Shown in pieces: positions 37,900 through 47,673 of a DNA stretch of 64,000 nt. Below the pieces are notes generated by a model. The model searched no databases, had not been told where the DNA came from, and was given only the letters and a program-made list of their open reading frames with translations. Source of the stretch: Planctomycetota bacterium. GTDB lineage: Bacteria; Planctomycetota; PLA2; JAEUHO01. The stretch is from assembly GCA_050248855.1 (NCBI GenBank), contig JBFWRP010000002.1, positions 224,001-288,000 of the forward strand. Reading direction: 5' to 3'. The first letter of the stretch is position 1. Each line of letters opens with the position of its first letter. The translations under genes were made by a program, and so were the position numbers.

Positions 37900-38437
37900 C
37901 AGGTTCCCGGCTCGCGGCGGCGGAGCCGGAGCACCGAATCCGCGCGGTAGCGCGGAACGAGCGTGGAGCGACCAGACACCAAAGTGCGACGTTCGCCGGC
38001 CGGCGAACCGCGACCCCTGCGTGTCAGGCACCTTGCCCACGTCGCGGCTGCGCCGCTCCGCGGCAAGGGTCCTGACACATCCGGGTTCGCGAGGCGCGCG
38101 GAGGTGTCTGAACCTGCGCCTCGGAGCGAAGCGACGGTGGCGCGGTGTCAGACACCGAAGTGCGACGTCCGCCGGCCGGCGAACCGCAACCCCCGTGAGG
38201 GGTGCAGGGGGGGTACGGAATAGCCCCCCTGCTGCGCAGGCGAAGCCGGAGCACCGAATCCGCGCGGGAGCGCGGAACAGCTGCTCAGCGGTGCTCCGAG
38301 CAAGTTCTTCCCTGCGCGGGCGGAAGCATGCGGAACGGAATAGCCCCCCTGCTGCGCAGGCGAAGCCGGAGCACCGAATCCGCGCGGGAGCGTGGAACGA
38401 TGCTCCGTCCGCTCCGCTTGGGGTCAGACCCCGCGCT
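37900..38437. repeat. Mosaic intergenic repeat cluster (BIME-like)
   Basis: 64-bp direct repeat at 38215-38278 and 38335-38398 with a partial copy at 37924-37960; hairpin 38096-38157; modules shared with 8773-8795, 25285-25381 and 49270-49432. Confidence 0.88.
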
Positions 38438-39153
38438 TACGTCGCGTTGGGGCGGTCGTAGCGCAACATCATGACGAAGCCGACGCCCATCAGCAGGGCG
38501 CATGCGATGGCGTAGGGCCACATCGGCTCGTTCAGGTGGCGCAGCACGAAGCGGTTGTAGGCGTAGAGCACCCAGACGTTGATCCCGAGGAAGGCCAGCG
38601 TCTTGCCGCCCGCGCGACCGGACTCGGGCAGCAGGACGTCGGCGTCTTCGTCGCGGACGTGACCCGCGGCAATCCGCTGCGCCATGCGCTCCTGCATGTC
38701 CACGAGCCGGGTCTTGTTGGCCGTGATGCCCCGGCGCGCCAGGGGCAGGATGGCGATGTCGAGCAGCAGGCCGAGCGCCGTCAGGCCGATCACGACGCCT
38801 TCCGCAACCTGCCCGTCCGCCATGCCGCCGGCGAGGATGCCGACCGCCACCCACACCAGCATCGCGACCACGAGCAAGGGAAAGAGCGGTCCCTTGATCC
38901 ATGCCCGACGCAGCGGCTGCGTGTCGTCGATGCCGGCGGTGGGACCGCTCTGCTGGATCCACTTCATGCTGCCGATGAAGTGCACGATCAGCAGGGAGTG
39001 CACGATCAGGCAGAACACGGGCACGAACATGGCGGAAAGCAAGAACGCCCGTGGTGAGACCACGGGCGTTCCGGCTTGCAGCACGACCAGCACCAGGAAT
39101 CCTGCTTGGACGAGCAGGTTCCAGATCGCCAGACCGCTGTAGAGCTGTCGCAT
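38437..39153 (-). CDS. Hypothetical multi-pass membrane protein
   Basis: About six hydrophobic segments; lies just downstream of the lipoprotein gene. Confidence 0.75.
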   Translation of the reverse strand: MRQLYSGLAIWNLLVQAGFLVLVVLQAGTPVVSPRAFLLSAMFVPVFCLIVHSLLIVHFIGSMKWIQQSGPTAGIDDTQPLRRAWIKGPLFPLLVVAMLVWVAVGILAGGMADGQVAEGVVIGLTALGLLLDIAILPLARRGITANKTRLVDMQERMAQRIAAGHVRDEDADVLLPESGRAGGKTLAFLGINVWVLYAYNRFVLRHLNEPMWPYAIACALLMGVGFVMMLRYDRPNAT

Positions 39154-39171
39154 GCCGAGTCCGCGAGGGGA

Positions 39172-40014
39172 TCAGCGACCGGAGGGAACCTCTTCCTCGG
39201 CCTCTTCGGTCTCTTCGGCTTCCTCGGCCTCGTCCTTGGCGCCGCCCATGCCCGCGCCTTCCAGGATCTCCTCGGCCGCATCGCTCTTGCGCTCGAACGC
39301 CGCGAGGGTCAGGCCCTCGGCCTTGAAGGTCACGAGACGGTTCATGGAGCCGGGGTTGCTGAGCATCTCCTTGAAGCCACCGGTCCAGACGATGTGGCCC
39401 TCGGCGTCCGCCTTGCCGTTGCTCTTGACGACCGTGCCGGGCAGCACCCAGGTCGAGGTCATCTTCATGCCCTCGACGAGCGGGCCGAACATGCCCTCGA
39501 TCATGGGCATCATCTGCGCGGCCTCTTCACCCTTGGCCTGCTCGACGGCTTCCTGGGGAACGCGGCGCACCTCGAGGGTCCACGCGCCACCCTCGGCGGG
39601 CTGCAGCAGGACGCGATCGCCGTCCCAGAGGCCGGACTTGGCCAGCGCCTCGAGGTTCTTGAACTCGACCACGGCCAGGAAGCCGCGCTTGCCCGCCTCG
39701 GCGTCGTTGATCTCCTCGGCCTTGAGCAGCTTCAGGCCCTCGACCTTGGCGACCTCATCCTTGACCTTCTTCAGGTCGAAGTCGTCCTCGTTGACGGGCG
39801 CGTCATCCATGCCGCCGCCCTCGCCGCCGAACATGCCTTCCACCATCTGCTTGACCTGCTCGAGCTTCTTCAGGTCCATGACGGCCTTCACGGTCATCGT
39901 GCCCGTGCCGTCCTTGCGCAGGACGAGGGTCTCCTCCATCTCGAAGCAGCCGCCCAGCCCGCCGAGCAGGAGCGCGGCCAGGGGGAACAGGGCCAAGGTG
40001 CGAATACGACGCAT
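39172..40014 (-). CDS. Lipoprotein (LppM-like fold possible)
   Basis: Lipobox LGGC followed by FEMEETLVLRKDGTG; LPGTVVKSNG; acidic tail. Confidence 0.8.
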   Translation of the reverse strand: MRRIRTLALFPLAALLLGGLGGCFEMEETLVLRKDGTGTMTVKAVMDLKKLEQVKQMVEGMFGGEGGGMDDAPVNEDDFDLKKVKDEVAKVEGLKLLKAEEINDAEAGKRGFLAVVEFKNLEALAKSGLWDGDRVLLQPAEGGAWTLEVRRVPQEAVEQAKGEEAAQMMPMIEGMFGPLVEGMKMTSTWVLPGTVVKSNGKADAEGHIVWTGGFKEMLSNPGSMNRLVTFKAEGLTLAAFERKSDAAEEILEGAGMGGAKDEAEEAEETEEAEEEVPSGR

Positions 40015-40186
40015 GGGGGTCTCCGGGGGCGTCCCCAAGGGGCGCCCGGGTAGGGGAAGTCCCTGACGATCCGGGCGCGGGCAGGGACCCGCAAGCCGGG
40101 GGACGGGCGAACGCCTTCCCGGACTCACGAGTGCGGCGCGGGGCTCGAGGCGGACAGCGGGTTGCGTGCGCCCATCCAGGCCCGGA

Positions 40187-41050
40187 CTACCGGGCTTCGA
40201 GCCGCTTGCGCACGGTCTCCGCGGCTTCGGGCCCGAGCGCTCCGAGGCACGTGGCGGCCGCCACGAGGTCCGCGTCGTCCTCGCGGACGGCGTCCGGCGC
40301 CGGCGGGAGCGCCTCGACCGCCTCCCACGCGGCGCGCAGCTCCTGGCGCTCCAGCAGGCCGCGGCGAAACAGCTCCTCGACGAGCAGCAGGCGCGTCGTG
40401 CGCGCCGAGGGACGCCCGAGCCGCGGCAGGAGGGACGGGCGGGGGCCCCCGCCGACGCGCAGCTTGAGGGCGTACCAGCTGTCGCCGAACGAGCCCTGCG
40501 GGGCTTCACGCAGCGGCACCTTGGCCTCGACGAGGTCGAAGCCCGCGCGATGGCACTCCGCGATGACGCGCCCCACGCCGCCGTTGGGGTCGCGGATGAC
40601 GAGCCGCCCGGTGGGCTTGAGCGCGGCGCGAATGCCCTCGAGGAACCCGGCCAGCGCGCGACGTTCGACGTAGTCGATCACGTCGTTCAGGAACACCGCG
40701 TCCAGACGTTCGGCGGGCAGCATCGGGTCGTCGGGAAGCGACTGGATCACCTGGACGTTCTCGACGCCCTCGCGCACGAGACGCTCTCGCACCCTCTCCA
40801 GCTGGCGCGCGTCGATGTCCACGGCGAACACGCGCCCATCGGCGCCGACGGCGCGTGCCAGCGGAACGGTCCAGGTACCGCTTCCGCAGCCCAGGTCGGC
40901 GATGCGTTCGCCCGCGCGTGGCGCGATCAGGGCCAGGATCGCCCGTCGCTCGCCCCCGTCGTCGTCGTCTTCGGCGCGCGCGGCGGGTCGGAGCGCGGCC
41001 AGGGCAGCCAGGGCAAGCACCGTCAGCATCGTCACGCGCGTGCGCTTCAC
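40187..41050 (-). CDS. Class I SAM-dependent methyltransferase with predicted signal peptide
   Basis: IADLGCGSG, VFAVDI, LKPTGRL; GTG overlaps the upstream stop. Confidence 0.8.
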   Translation of the reverse strand: MKRTRVTMLTVLALAALAALRPAARAEDDDDGGERRAILALIAPRAGERIADLGCGSGTWTVPLARAVGADGRVFAVDIDARQLERVRERLVREGVENVQVIQSLPDDPMLPAERLDAVFLNDVIDYVERRALAGFLEGIRAALKPTGRLVIRDPNGGVGRVIAECHRAGFDLVEAKVPLREAPQGSFGDSWYALKLRVGGGPRPSLLPRLGRPSARTTRLLLVEELFRRGLLERQELRAAWEAVEALPPAPDAVREDDADLVAAATCLGALGPEAAETVRKRLEAR

Positions 41051-41769
41051 CACGCCTCCTTCCGACAAAGGTCCTCGGGCACGCCCAGCTCGCGTGCCCA
41101 GGTCATCGTGTCGGCCACGAGATCCTTCGGCCCGCAGGCCGCGACCAGGGTCCGCCGCGGGTTGCGCAGCGAGGCCGCCAAGGCCTCGCGACCGAAGCGC
41201 CCACGCGCCCCGGGCCAGGCGACGGCGTCGTCGGCCCCGGTGACGGTGGGTCGCCACGTGAAGCCGGGCACGTCGCGCTCCCACGCCGCCCACTCGTCCG
41301 CGAAGACGAGGTGGTCCTGCTGGCGGGACGCTTGCAGGAGCGTCACATGGCCCGGCGCACCCCGCGCCACCCAGGCTTCGACCAGGGCGCGGAACGGCGC
41401 GACGCCGCTGCCTCCCGCGACGAGCACGGCGTCGTCGCCCGCCGGCACCGAGAGGTCGAACGCGCCGCGCGGCGCGGACAGGTCCACGACCGTGCCGACA
41501 GGTCGCTCGTAGACGGGCAGGCCCCACGCCCCGCTGCCTCGCACCGTGATGCGCACGGGGCGCCCCGGCCCATCGGCGCCGGAGAGCGAGTAGGGGCGAG
41601 CCTTGGGCGGGATCTCGTCCGGGAGTCGGACGGCCACGTGCTGGCCCGGGTGCCAGGTGAAGGCGCGCCGGACGTCGGCGTCCAGCGCGAAGACGAGGGT
41701 CCGATCCAACGGCGTCTCCTGCCGCACCTCGGCCACGCGGGCTCGGATCCAGGGCACGTCGTCGCTCAT
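41047..41769 (-). CDS. FAD/NAD(P)-binding oxidoreductase (FNR-like)
   Basis: PGQH, RPYSL, AGGSGVAPF, ACGP, terminal KEAW. Confidence 0.88.
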   Translation of the reverse strand: MSDDVPWIRARVAEVRQETPLDRTLVFALDADVRRAFTWHPGQHVAVRLPDEIPPKARPYSLSGADGPGRPVRITVRGSGAWGLPVYERPVGTVVDLSAPRGAFDLSVPAGDDAVLVAGGSGVAPFRALVEAWVARGAPGHVTLLQASRQQDHLVFADEWAAWERDVPGFTWRPTVTGADDAVAWPGARGRFGREALAASLRNPRRTLVAACGPKDLVADTMTWARELGVPEDLCRKEAW

Positions 41770-41882
41770 GCGCCCGTCCTACCACGGCCCGGACCTGGGC
41801 CCGGGGCCCCGCTCCCGTCGGGCCGCGGCGGTACGCTCGCTCGCCAGGCGCCGCACGCTGGCGGCCCGCGAAGGAGGTCCAC

Positions 41883-42224
41883 ATGCCGCGACTCGTGGTG
41901 CGCCAGGGTGAGGGCATCGGGCGCGACCAGCCGTTGGGTGTGGGGGCCTGCGTCGTCGGGCGCGGGCCGGGCGTGGACTTCACGATCGACGACACATCGA
42001 TGTCGCGGCAGCACTTCCGGGTGGTTGGCACCGCGGGCACGTGGATGCTGGAGGACCTGGGCTCCACCAACGGGACCTTCCTGAACGGTCGTCGCGCGCG
42101 CCGGGCGCCGCTCAAGGACGGCGACACCATCCGCGCCGGCGCGACGGAGCTGCGCTACGTCCAGAAGGACATGCTCGCCGGCACGGGCATCAAGGCGCCG
42201 GTGCGCAAGAAGCGAAGGCGCTAG
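41883..42224 (+). CDS. FHA domain protein
   Basis: VGR, MSRQH, DLGSTNGTFLNG, GDTIRAG; AAGGAGG RBS. Confidence 0.92.
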   Translation: MPRLVVRQGEGIGRDQPLGVGACVVGRGPGVDFTIDDTSMSRQHFRVVGTAGTWMLEDLGSTNGTFLNGRRARRAPLKDGDTIRAGATELRYVQKDMLAGTGIKAPVRKKRRR

Positions 42225-42231
42225 GCCGGCG

Positions 42232-42663
42232 CTACTCCGTCGTCGGCGCAGGCTCCAGCCCGGCGACCAGGGCGCCCAGGAACCAGCCGACCTGGCCTTC
42301 ACCGAGGCCCGTCTGCTCCAGGACGCGTTCGACGAGACGACGGGCCCGCTGCTCGCGACGCAGGAGCAACCGCGCCCGCCGGGCCGCGCCCTCCAGTGTG
42401 AGCCGTGCCATCCGCTGGCGCCGATCGCGGCTGCCCGCGCGCCGTTCGATCAGGCCGCGGCGCTCGACGCGGTCGGCAAAGCGCGTGGCGGTCGTGGGGT
42501 CCCGCCCCAGGCGCCGTGCCACCTCCTGCATGGCCACGGCCTCGTCGGGTGCGAGGGCCAGGAGAAAGCGCGCCTCGGAGGCCTCGAGGGCCTCCGCGGC
42601 GGCGTCCTCGCCGAGGCCCTCGGCCAGCAGGGTCTCCAGACGCTCGAGCTCGGTCGTCCACAT
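42232..42663 (-). CDS. MarR family transcriptional regulator
   Basis: HTH (EVARRLGRDPTTATR), GLIERR...DRR...LTLEG. Confidence 0.85.
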   Translation of the reverse strand: MWTTELERLETLLAEGLGEDAAAEALEASEARFLLALAPDEAVAMQEVARRLGRDPTTATRFADRVERRGLIERRAGSRDRRQRMARLTLEGAARRARLLLRREQRARRLVERVLEQTGLGEGQVGWFLGALVAGLEPAPTTE

Positions 42664-42722
42664 GGTTGCATCGTACATCTACGATCGCGCATGCAAGCGA
42701 TGCCTACGTTCGCATACCTTGC

Positions 42723-43889
42723 CTAGCTGAATGCGCTGATGCCCGTGATGGCGCGACCGAGGATCAGCGTGTGGATGTCGTGCGTGCCCTCGTACGTCTT
42801 CACGCTCTCGAGGTTGCACATGTGGCGCATCGACTGGTACTCGTCCGCCACGCCGTTGGCGCCGAGCATGTCGCGCGCCGTGCGGGCGATCTCCAGGGCG
42901 TGGTAGCAGGCGTTGCGCTTGGCCATGCTGACCTGGACGGGCGTGACCTTGCCGGCTTCCTTGAGGCGGCCCAGACGCAGGTTCATCAGCTGCGCCTTCG
43001 TGATCTCCGTCAGCATGTGGGCGAGCTTGGCCTGGTACAGCTGGAACGAGGCCAGCGGCCGGCCGAACTGCTTGCGCGAGAGCCCGTAGGCACGTGCTTC
43101 GTCGAAGCACGCCATGGCGGCGCCGACCACGCCCCAGGCGATGCCGTAGCGCGCCTGGTTGAGGCAGGACAGCGGGCCGCCGAGGCCCTTGGCGCCCTCC
43201 AGCAGGTTGCCCGCAGGGATGCGCACGTCCTGCAGGACCAGCTCGCTCGTGACGCTGGCGCGCAAGCTGTGCTTGCCGCGCTGCTCCGGCGCGCTGAAGC
43301 CGGGCGTGTCCGTGGGCACGACGAACCCGTGGATCTCGCCGTCCAGCTTGGCCCAGACGACGGCCACGTCGGCAATGGTGCCGTTGGTGATCCACATCTT
43401 GGCGCCGTTCAGCACGAAGTCGTCGCCGTCGCGGACGGCCTTCGTCTCCATGCTGCCGGGGTCGCTGCCGTGGTTCGGTTCAGTGAGTCCGAAGCACCCG
43501 ATCGCCGACCCGTCGTGCAGGGCCGGCAGCCAGCGCGCCTTGATCTCCTCGCTGCCGTAGCGCCAGATCGGGTACATGACCAACGCGCCTTGCACGCTGA
43601 CGAACGAGCGCAGTCCGCTGTCGCCGCGCTCGAGCTCCTGCATGACGAGGCCGTACGCCGTGGCGCCCAGGCGCGGGAAGTCGGCGTAGTCGAGGTTGCC
43701 GCCGAGCACGCCCATCTCGGCCAGCTCGGGAACCAGGTCCTTCGGGAACGAGCCCTCCCGGTAGGCCTTCTCCACGCGAGGCAGGAACCGCTCGCCGACC
43801 CAGTCGCGCACGGTGTCGCGCACCATGCGTTCCTCCTCCCCGAGGAGGTCGTCGATGTCGAAGAAGTCGGGAGCCTCGTAGGGAGCCAT
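42723..43889 (-). CDS. Acyl-CoA dehydrogenase, glutaryl-CoA dehydrogenase-like
   Basis: ELERGDSGLRS, GCFGLTEPNHGSDP, KMWITNG, CLNQARYGIAWG, TYEGTHDIH. Confidence 0.92.
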   Translation of the reverse strand: MAPYEAPDFFDIDDLLGEEERMVRDTVRDWVGERFLPRVEKAYREGSFPKDLVPELAEMGVLGGNLDYADFPRLGATAYGLVMQELERGDSGLRSFVSVQGALVMYPIWRYGSEEIKARWLPALHDGSAIGCFGLTEPNHGSDPGSMETKAVRDGDDFVLNGAKMWITNGTIADVAVVWAKLDGEIHGFVVPTDTPGFSAPEQRGKHSLRASVTSELVLQDVRIPAGNLLEGAKGLGGPLSCLNQARYGIAWGVVGAAMACFDEARAYGLSRKQFGRPLASFQLYQAKLAHMLTEITKAQLMNLRLGRLKEAGKVTPVQVSMAKRNACYHALEIARTARDMLGANGVADEYQSMRHMCNLESVKTYEGTHDIHTLILGRAITGISAFS

Positions 43890-44048
43890 GCCGCCTCCGA
43901 CCGGGCGCGCACCTCCAGACGGGAGCTGGCTGCGCCGGCGGCGCGGAGCCTACCGCCAGCGGGCGATCTCGACTCCCCGGCGCGCGGCGCCCGACTACGC
44001 GGTACCGTCGGGGAATGGCCCACGGGGGCCGTCGTTCCCCGCCTGCCC

Positions 44049-44852
44049 ATGCGTCTCCTACCCATCCTCCTCACGATCGTCGCCGCGGCCGCTGCAATCG
44101 GGTTGGTCCTGCTGCGCTCATCCCCGCGGGCCGTCGGCCCCGACCTGGACACGCCGATCTCGGGCGACCTCCCCGCCGAGTCGCCGACGGGGCTCGTGGG
44201 GCGCGCGCCGACCGATGGGCCGGCGGGGCCGCCGGCGAGCGGGCGGGACGGACCTGCTCCCGTCGACATACGCACCGTCGAGCGCGGGGACCTCACCGTC
44301 GTCCTCGTCGACGCGGAGGGGGAGCGGATCCCGACGGACGGCGTCGATCTCGAGATCGAGCGCATCGGGCTGCCCTTCCCGGGCCGACGCTTGGCGCACC
44401 GCGACATCGAGGCCCGGACGTGGACCTTCCGCGGCGAGCCCGTCGGCCCCGTGCGCGTGAAGGCCATGGGCCGGCACTTCCGCGACGCCGTCGGCGAGGC
44501 CAAGATCCTGGCGCAGGACACGCCTCCGCTCGTCATCACCGTCGAGCCTGCCGGCGCCGTGCAGGTGCGCACCACGCTGGGTGACGGCAGCGCCCCCTCG
44601 CGCATCCACGCCACGCTCACGGACGAAGCCGGCAAGCCCGTCGAGGCGTGGTGGCAGGAGCGCAACAACCCCCGCGTGGGGCCACGTGTGCGCGGCGTGG
44701 AGGCCAGCTTCGGCGCAGAGGGCTGGATCACCGGCCTCGCGGCCGGACGCTACCGCGTGGACATCGAGTCCGAGGCCGGCTACCGCGACAAGGCCTGGGT
44801 CGACGTGACGCCCGGCGCCACGGCGGCGGTGTCGTTCACGCTGCCGCAGTAG
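44049..44852 (+). CDS. Membrane-anchored beta-sandwich (carboxypeptidase-regulatory-like) protein
   Basis: N-terminal TM, Pro-rich linker, ITGLAAGRYRVDI-type repeats. Confidence 0.65.
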   Translation: MRLLPILLTIVAAAAAIGLVLLRSSPRAVGPDLDTPISGDLPAESPTGLVGRAPTDGPAGPPASGRDGPAPVDIRTVERGDLTVVLVDAEGERIPTDGVDLEIERIGLPFPGRRLAHRDIEARTWTFRGEPVGPVRVKAMGRHFRDAVGEAKILAQDTPPLVITVEPAGAVQVRTTLGDGSAPSRIHATLTDEAGKPVEAWWQERNNPRVGPRVRGVEASFGAEGWITGLAAGRYRVDIESEAGYRDKAWVDVTPGATAAVSFTLPQ

Positions 44853-44892
44853 CGCCCTGCGGTGTCAGTTCTTCATGCCGACGGCAAAGCCC

Positions 44893-44990
44893 GTACGGAG
44901 GCGGGGAATTCTTCCGCAACTTGCCGATGGGCACTTCCGCATGCCGAAGCGCAGGGCGGCAAGTTGCGGAAGAAATCCCCGCCTCCGTAC
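44893..44990. mobile_element. 98-bp palindromic MITE-like insertion, copy A, with duplicated GTAC (or TA)
   Basis: 34-bp inverted arms with one mismatch. The flanks 44862-44892 and 44991-45074 match the uninterrupted repeat at 8661-8779 and, partly, 49307-49349. Confidence 0.85.
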
Positions 44991-45155
44991 CGCGTCTCGA
45001 TGCGCGCGGCACCCCCTCCCATGGAAGCGTGGCTGTCCTGTCCGAGCCCGGAGTTCAGGCACCTTCCGTTGCAGCGGGTCCTGCTTGGCGTCATCGCCTC
45101 CCCAGCGAAGCGCGTCGTCAGGGCCCGGCCTTCGGGCGCCTCGGCCTGCCGAGGA

Positions 45156-47411
45156 TCAATACAAGGAGAGCAGCGCCCGGACCGTCGGCGTCGCGCGCGT
45201 GGGGTCGAGCAGGGGCTGGAAGGTCCGCACCCAGGCGCGGTCCTCGGGCTGTGCGATCAGGGCGATCGCGCCGATGGCCCGGTGGCGCGTCCAGTCGTCG
45301 GCCTTGGCGTCGCCCGCGACCTCGAGCAGCGCCGGGAGCGCGCGGCGGTCACCCAGCTCGCCGAGCACGCGGGCCAGCGCCGTTTGCACGGGCTGCGACT
45401 TGGTGGCCTGCAGCGCCTGCACCAGCTGCGGCACCGCCGTGGAATCGGCGGCGTAGCCGAGCCCCAGCGCGGCGCGGTAGCGCACCGCGTCGTTGCCGTC
45501 CTCGCGTGCCAGCTCCAGCAGATGGCCGCGCTCCTCGTGCGCACCGAGAGCCCCCAGGACCAGCGCGAGCCACGAGCGCAGCTCGACGTCCTTGGCGTCC
45601 TGGAAGTCGGCCCGCAGGCGCTGCAGCGAGTCCGTGTCCTCGAGCACGGCCAGGGCCAGGGCCGCCGCGGACTGCCGTTCCTTGTTGCCGCGATCGCCGG
45701 CCAGGGACCGCAGGTCCTTCGCGATCGTCACGGCGTGCTCGGGCCACGCGCGCGCGAAGCGGGCCGCGCCCAGCGCCGCCCAGCCCTGCTCGTGCTGGGC
45801 CACGTTGAGGCCGTCGAAGGCGCCGCGCCAGAAGCGGGCCGACTTCGCACCGATCATGGCGAGATCTTCGGAGCTGGCCTCGGGGCAGCGAGCCGTGCGC
45901 TCGGCAAGCTCGCCCAGGGCGACGAGGGCAAAGCGGCGGGCGTCGGGATCGGGATCGCGACGGGCCGTGGCGATCAGCGTGTCGGCCAGGCCCGGCGCAA
46001 GCCGCGGCGCCAGACGGGTGATGGCAAGGACGCACGCCGGGCGCGCGGCCTCGGGCTTGCGGAACCTCGCCAACACCTCCTCGAGGGCCGGCAGGGCGGT
46101 CGTGTCGCCGGCCAACGCGAGCGCGGCGGGGACTGCTGCAGCCTCTCCGTCGTCCAGGCCCTTCGTGCGCAGGCGTTCCACGGCACGCCGGACCACGGTG
46201 GCCCGTGCCACGTCGCGCGTGTCGCGCACGCTGCCGCCCAGGCCGAGCCAGCAGGCGCAACGCAGGTCGTCGGAGCTGGTGCGCTCCAGCAACGCCAGCA
46301 GCGGCTCGACGGCCTCGGGGCGGCCCAGCTGGCCGAGGGCCAAGGCCGCGAACGCCTGCACGCGCGACGGCACGTCCGAGCGCTTGAGCAAGCGGCGACC
46401 CACGGCGCTGTCCGTGGCCAGGCCGATCAGCGGCTCCAAGGCGGCCTCGTGGCGCGGCACACCGAGGGCGAGCACCATGACCTCGCGCCAGACACCGTGC
46501 TCGTGGGCCAGGTAGTCGAGCGTCGCCTCGATGGCGGCTTCGGCTTCCGCGCCGCGCGCCACCCGCGCCCAGGCCATCAGGGCCGTCGGACGGACGGGCC
46601 CGTCCTTCTCCGTGGCCAAGCGACGGAGCAGCGGCAAGACGTCGCTTCGCACCTGCTCGTCCGAGGGGCGAAGCCCGCGCTCGGCGCCCTCGCCGGTCGC
46701 CGCGATGGCCGCGTGGTAGCGGGCGCGCAGGTCCATCCACTCGTCGCGGTGCAGACCCCACCACGTGGGCCACGCGGTCTCCGTGGCGCCGCCGCGGCGC
46801 GTCGGCCCGCTGCGGGCCCCGCCCGAGACCGTCGTCGGGCCGCCTCTCCCGTCCGTGACGGGCCCGTCCGACGGGGTGGAGCCGTCGGGGGTGGGGTCGA
46901 CGAAGCCGGGGGCCTGGATCCAGGCAGCCTCGTCCGCCTCCAAGCCGTTCTTCGCGAGCCAGGCGCGGAAGCCCGCGTCCTCCAACAGCTCGGGCACGAA
47001 CGCCTCGTTGTTGGCCGCGGCCAGGCGACCCAGCAAGGCGCTGTCGCCCGAGACGTCGATCAAGTGGGCCAGAGCGCACCGCGTCCCGTGCGGGTCGATG
47101 AGGTGCGAGATGGCCAGCCCGGGATGGTCCGGGTCCTGCGCGAACACCCCGCGCTCGCCGTAGGCCTTCAGGGCCTCGACCAGGGCGCGGCGCGCGGCCT
47201 GCGCCTCGGGCGCGAGGTGCTCCGTGGGTCGCGTGGCGAGCTCGGCCGAGACGCGGGCCACGTGCGCCTGCTTCCAGGCGTCTTGCTCCGGGTCCACGAC
47301 CGGGGGGCGGACCTCGTCGGCCCGACTCGTTCCCGCCACGCCCGTGACGAGCGCGAGGGCGAGGAGGGCGGCAACGCCGCGGACGAGGGGATGCTGCGAG
47401 CGCTCGGACAT
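45156..47411 (-). CDS. Exported HEAT/PBS-repeat protein
   Basis: Signal peptide (SRA|DE), an N-terminal domain with DPHGTRCALAHLI, then many AALALG..G repeats. Confidence 0.82.
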   Translation of the reverse strand: MSERSQHPLVRGVAALLALALVTGVAGTSRADEVRPPVVDPEQDAWKQAHVARVSAELATRPTEHLAPEAQAARRALVEALKAYGERGVFAQDPDHPGLAISHLIDPHGTRCALAHLIDVSGDSALLGRLAAANNEAFVPELLEDAGFRAWLAKNGLEADEAAWIQAPGFVDPTPDGSTPSDGPVTDGRGGPTTVSGGARSGPTRRGGATETAWPTWWGLHRDEWMDLRARYHAAIAATGEGAERGLRPSDEQVRSDVLPLLRRLATEKDGPVRPTALMAWARVARGAEAEAAIEATLDYLAHEHGVWREVMVLALGVPRHEAALEPLIGLATDSAVGRRLLKRSDVPSRVQAFAALALGQLGRPEAVEPLLALLERTSSDDLRCACWLGLGGSVRDTRDVARATVVRRAVERLRTKGLDDGEAAAVPAALALAGDTTALPALEEVLARFRKPEAARPACVLAITRLAPRLAPGLADTLIATARRDPDPDARRFALVALGELAERTARCPEASSEDLAMIGAKSARFWRGAFDGLNVAQHEQGWAALGAARFARAWPEHAVTIAKDLRSLAGDRGNKERQSAAALALAVLEDTDSLQRLRADFQDAKDVELRSWLALVLGALGAHEERGHLLELAREDGNDAVRYRAALGLGYAADSTAVPQLVQALQATKSQPVQTALARVLGELGDRRALPALLEVAGDAKADDWTRHRAIGAIALIAQPEDRAWVRTFQPLLDPTRATPTVRALLSLY

Positions 47412-47673
47412 GGCGCACCTCCTGGGCCCCGCGCTCCCCCGCCACCCGGAGGATCAAGCGCGGCACCGGCAACAGTCAATGGATCCTGCGAGGCGGAGAG
47501 GGGGTGGGGCGGGGTGCGGACCGGCGAAGGCTGGTCGCCAGGCACCTGTCCCTAGCCCCGGACCTTTGAACGCCGGACAGGGGGGCTCCGCAGCCCCGAC
47601 CTGCCCGAATCGTGCGCGATGGGGGACGAAAGTACACACGCGTACCATGCGCCCGGCTCCCGGAGGGTGGCGC

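Noticed and set aside
37924..38398. Direct repeats as a possible CRISPR array
   Set aside because: Only two full 64-bp copies and one partial, irregular spacing (about 320 and 120 bp), spacers made of other repeat modules, and no cas genes.
47412..47673. Riboswitch upstream of the SSS symporter
   Set aside because: No recognisable TPP, cobalamin, SAM or glycine consensus seen by eye; an Infernal scan would be needed.
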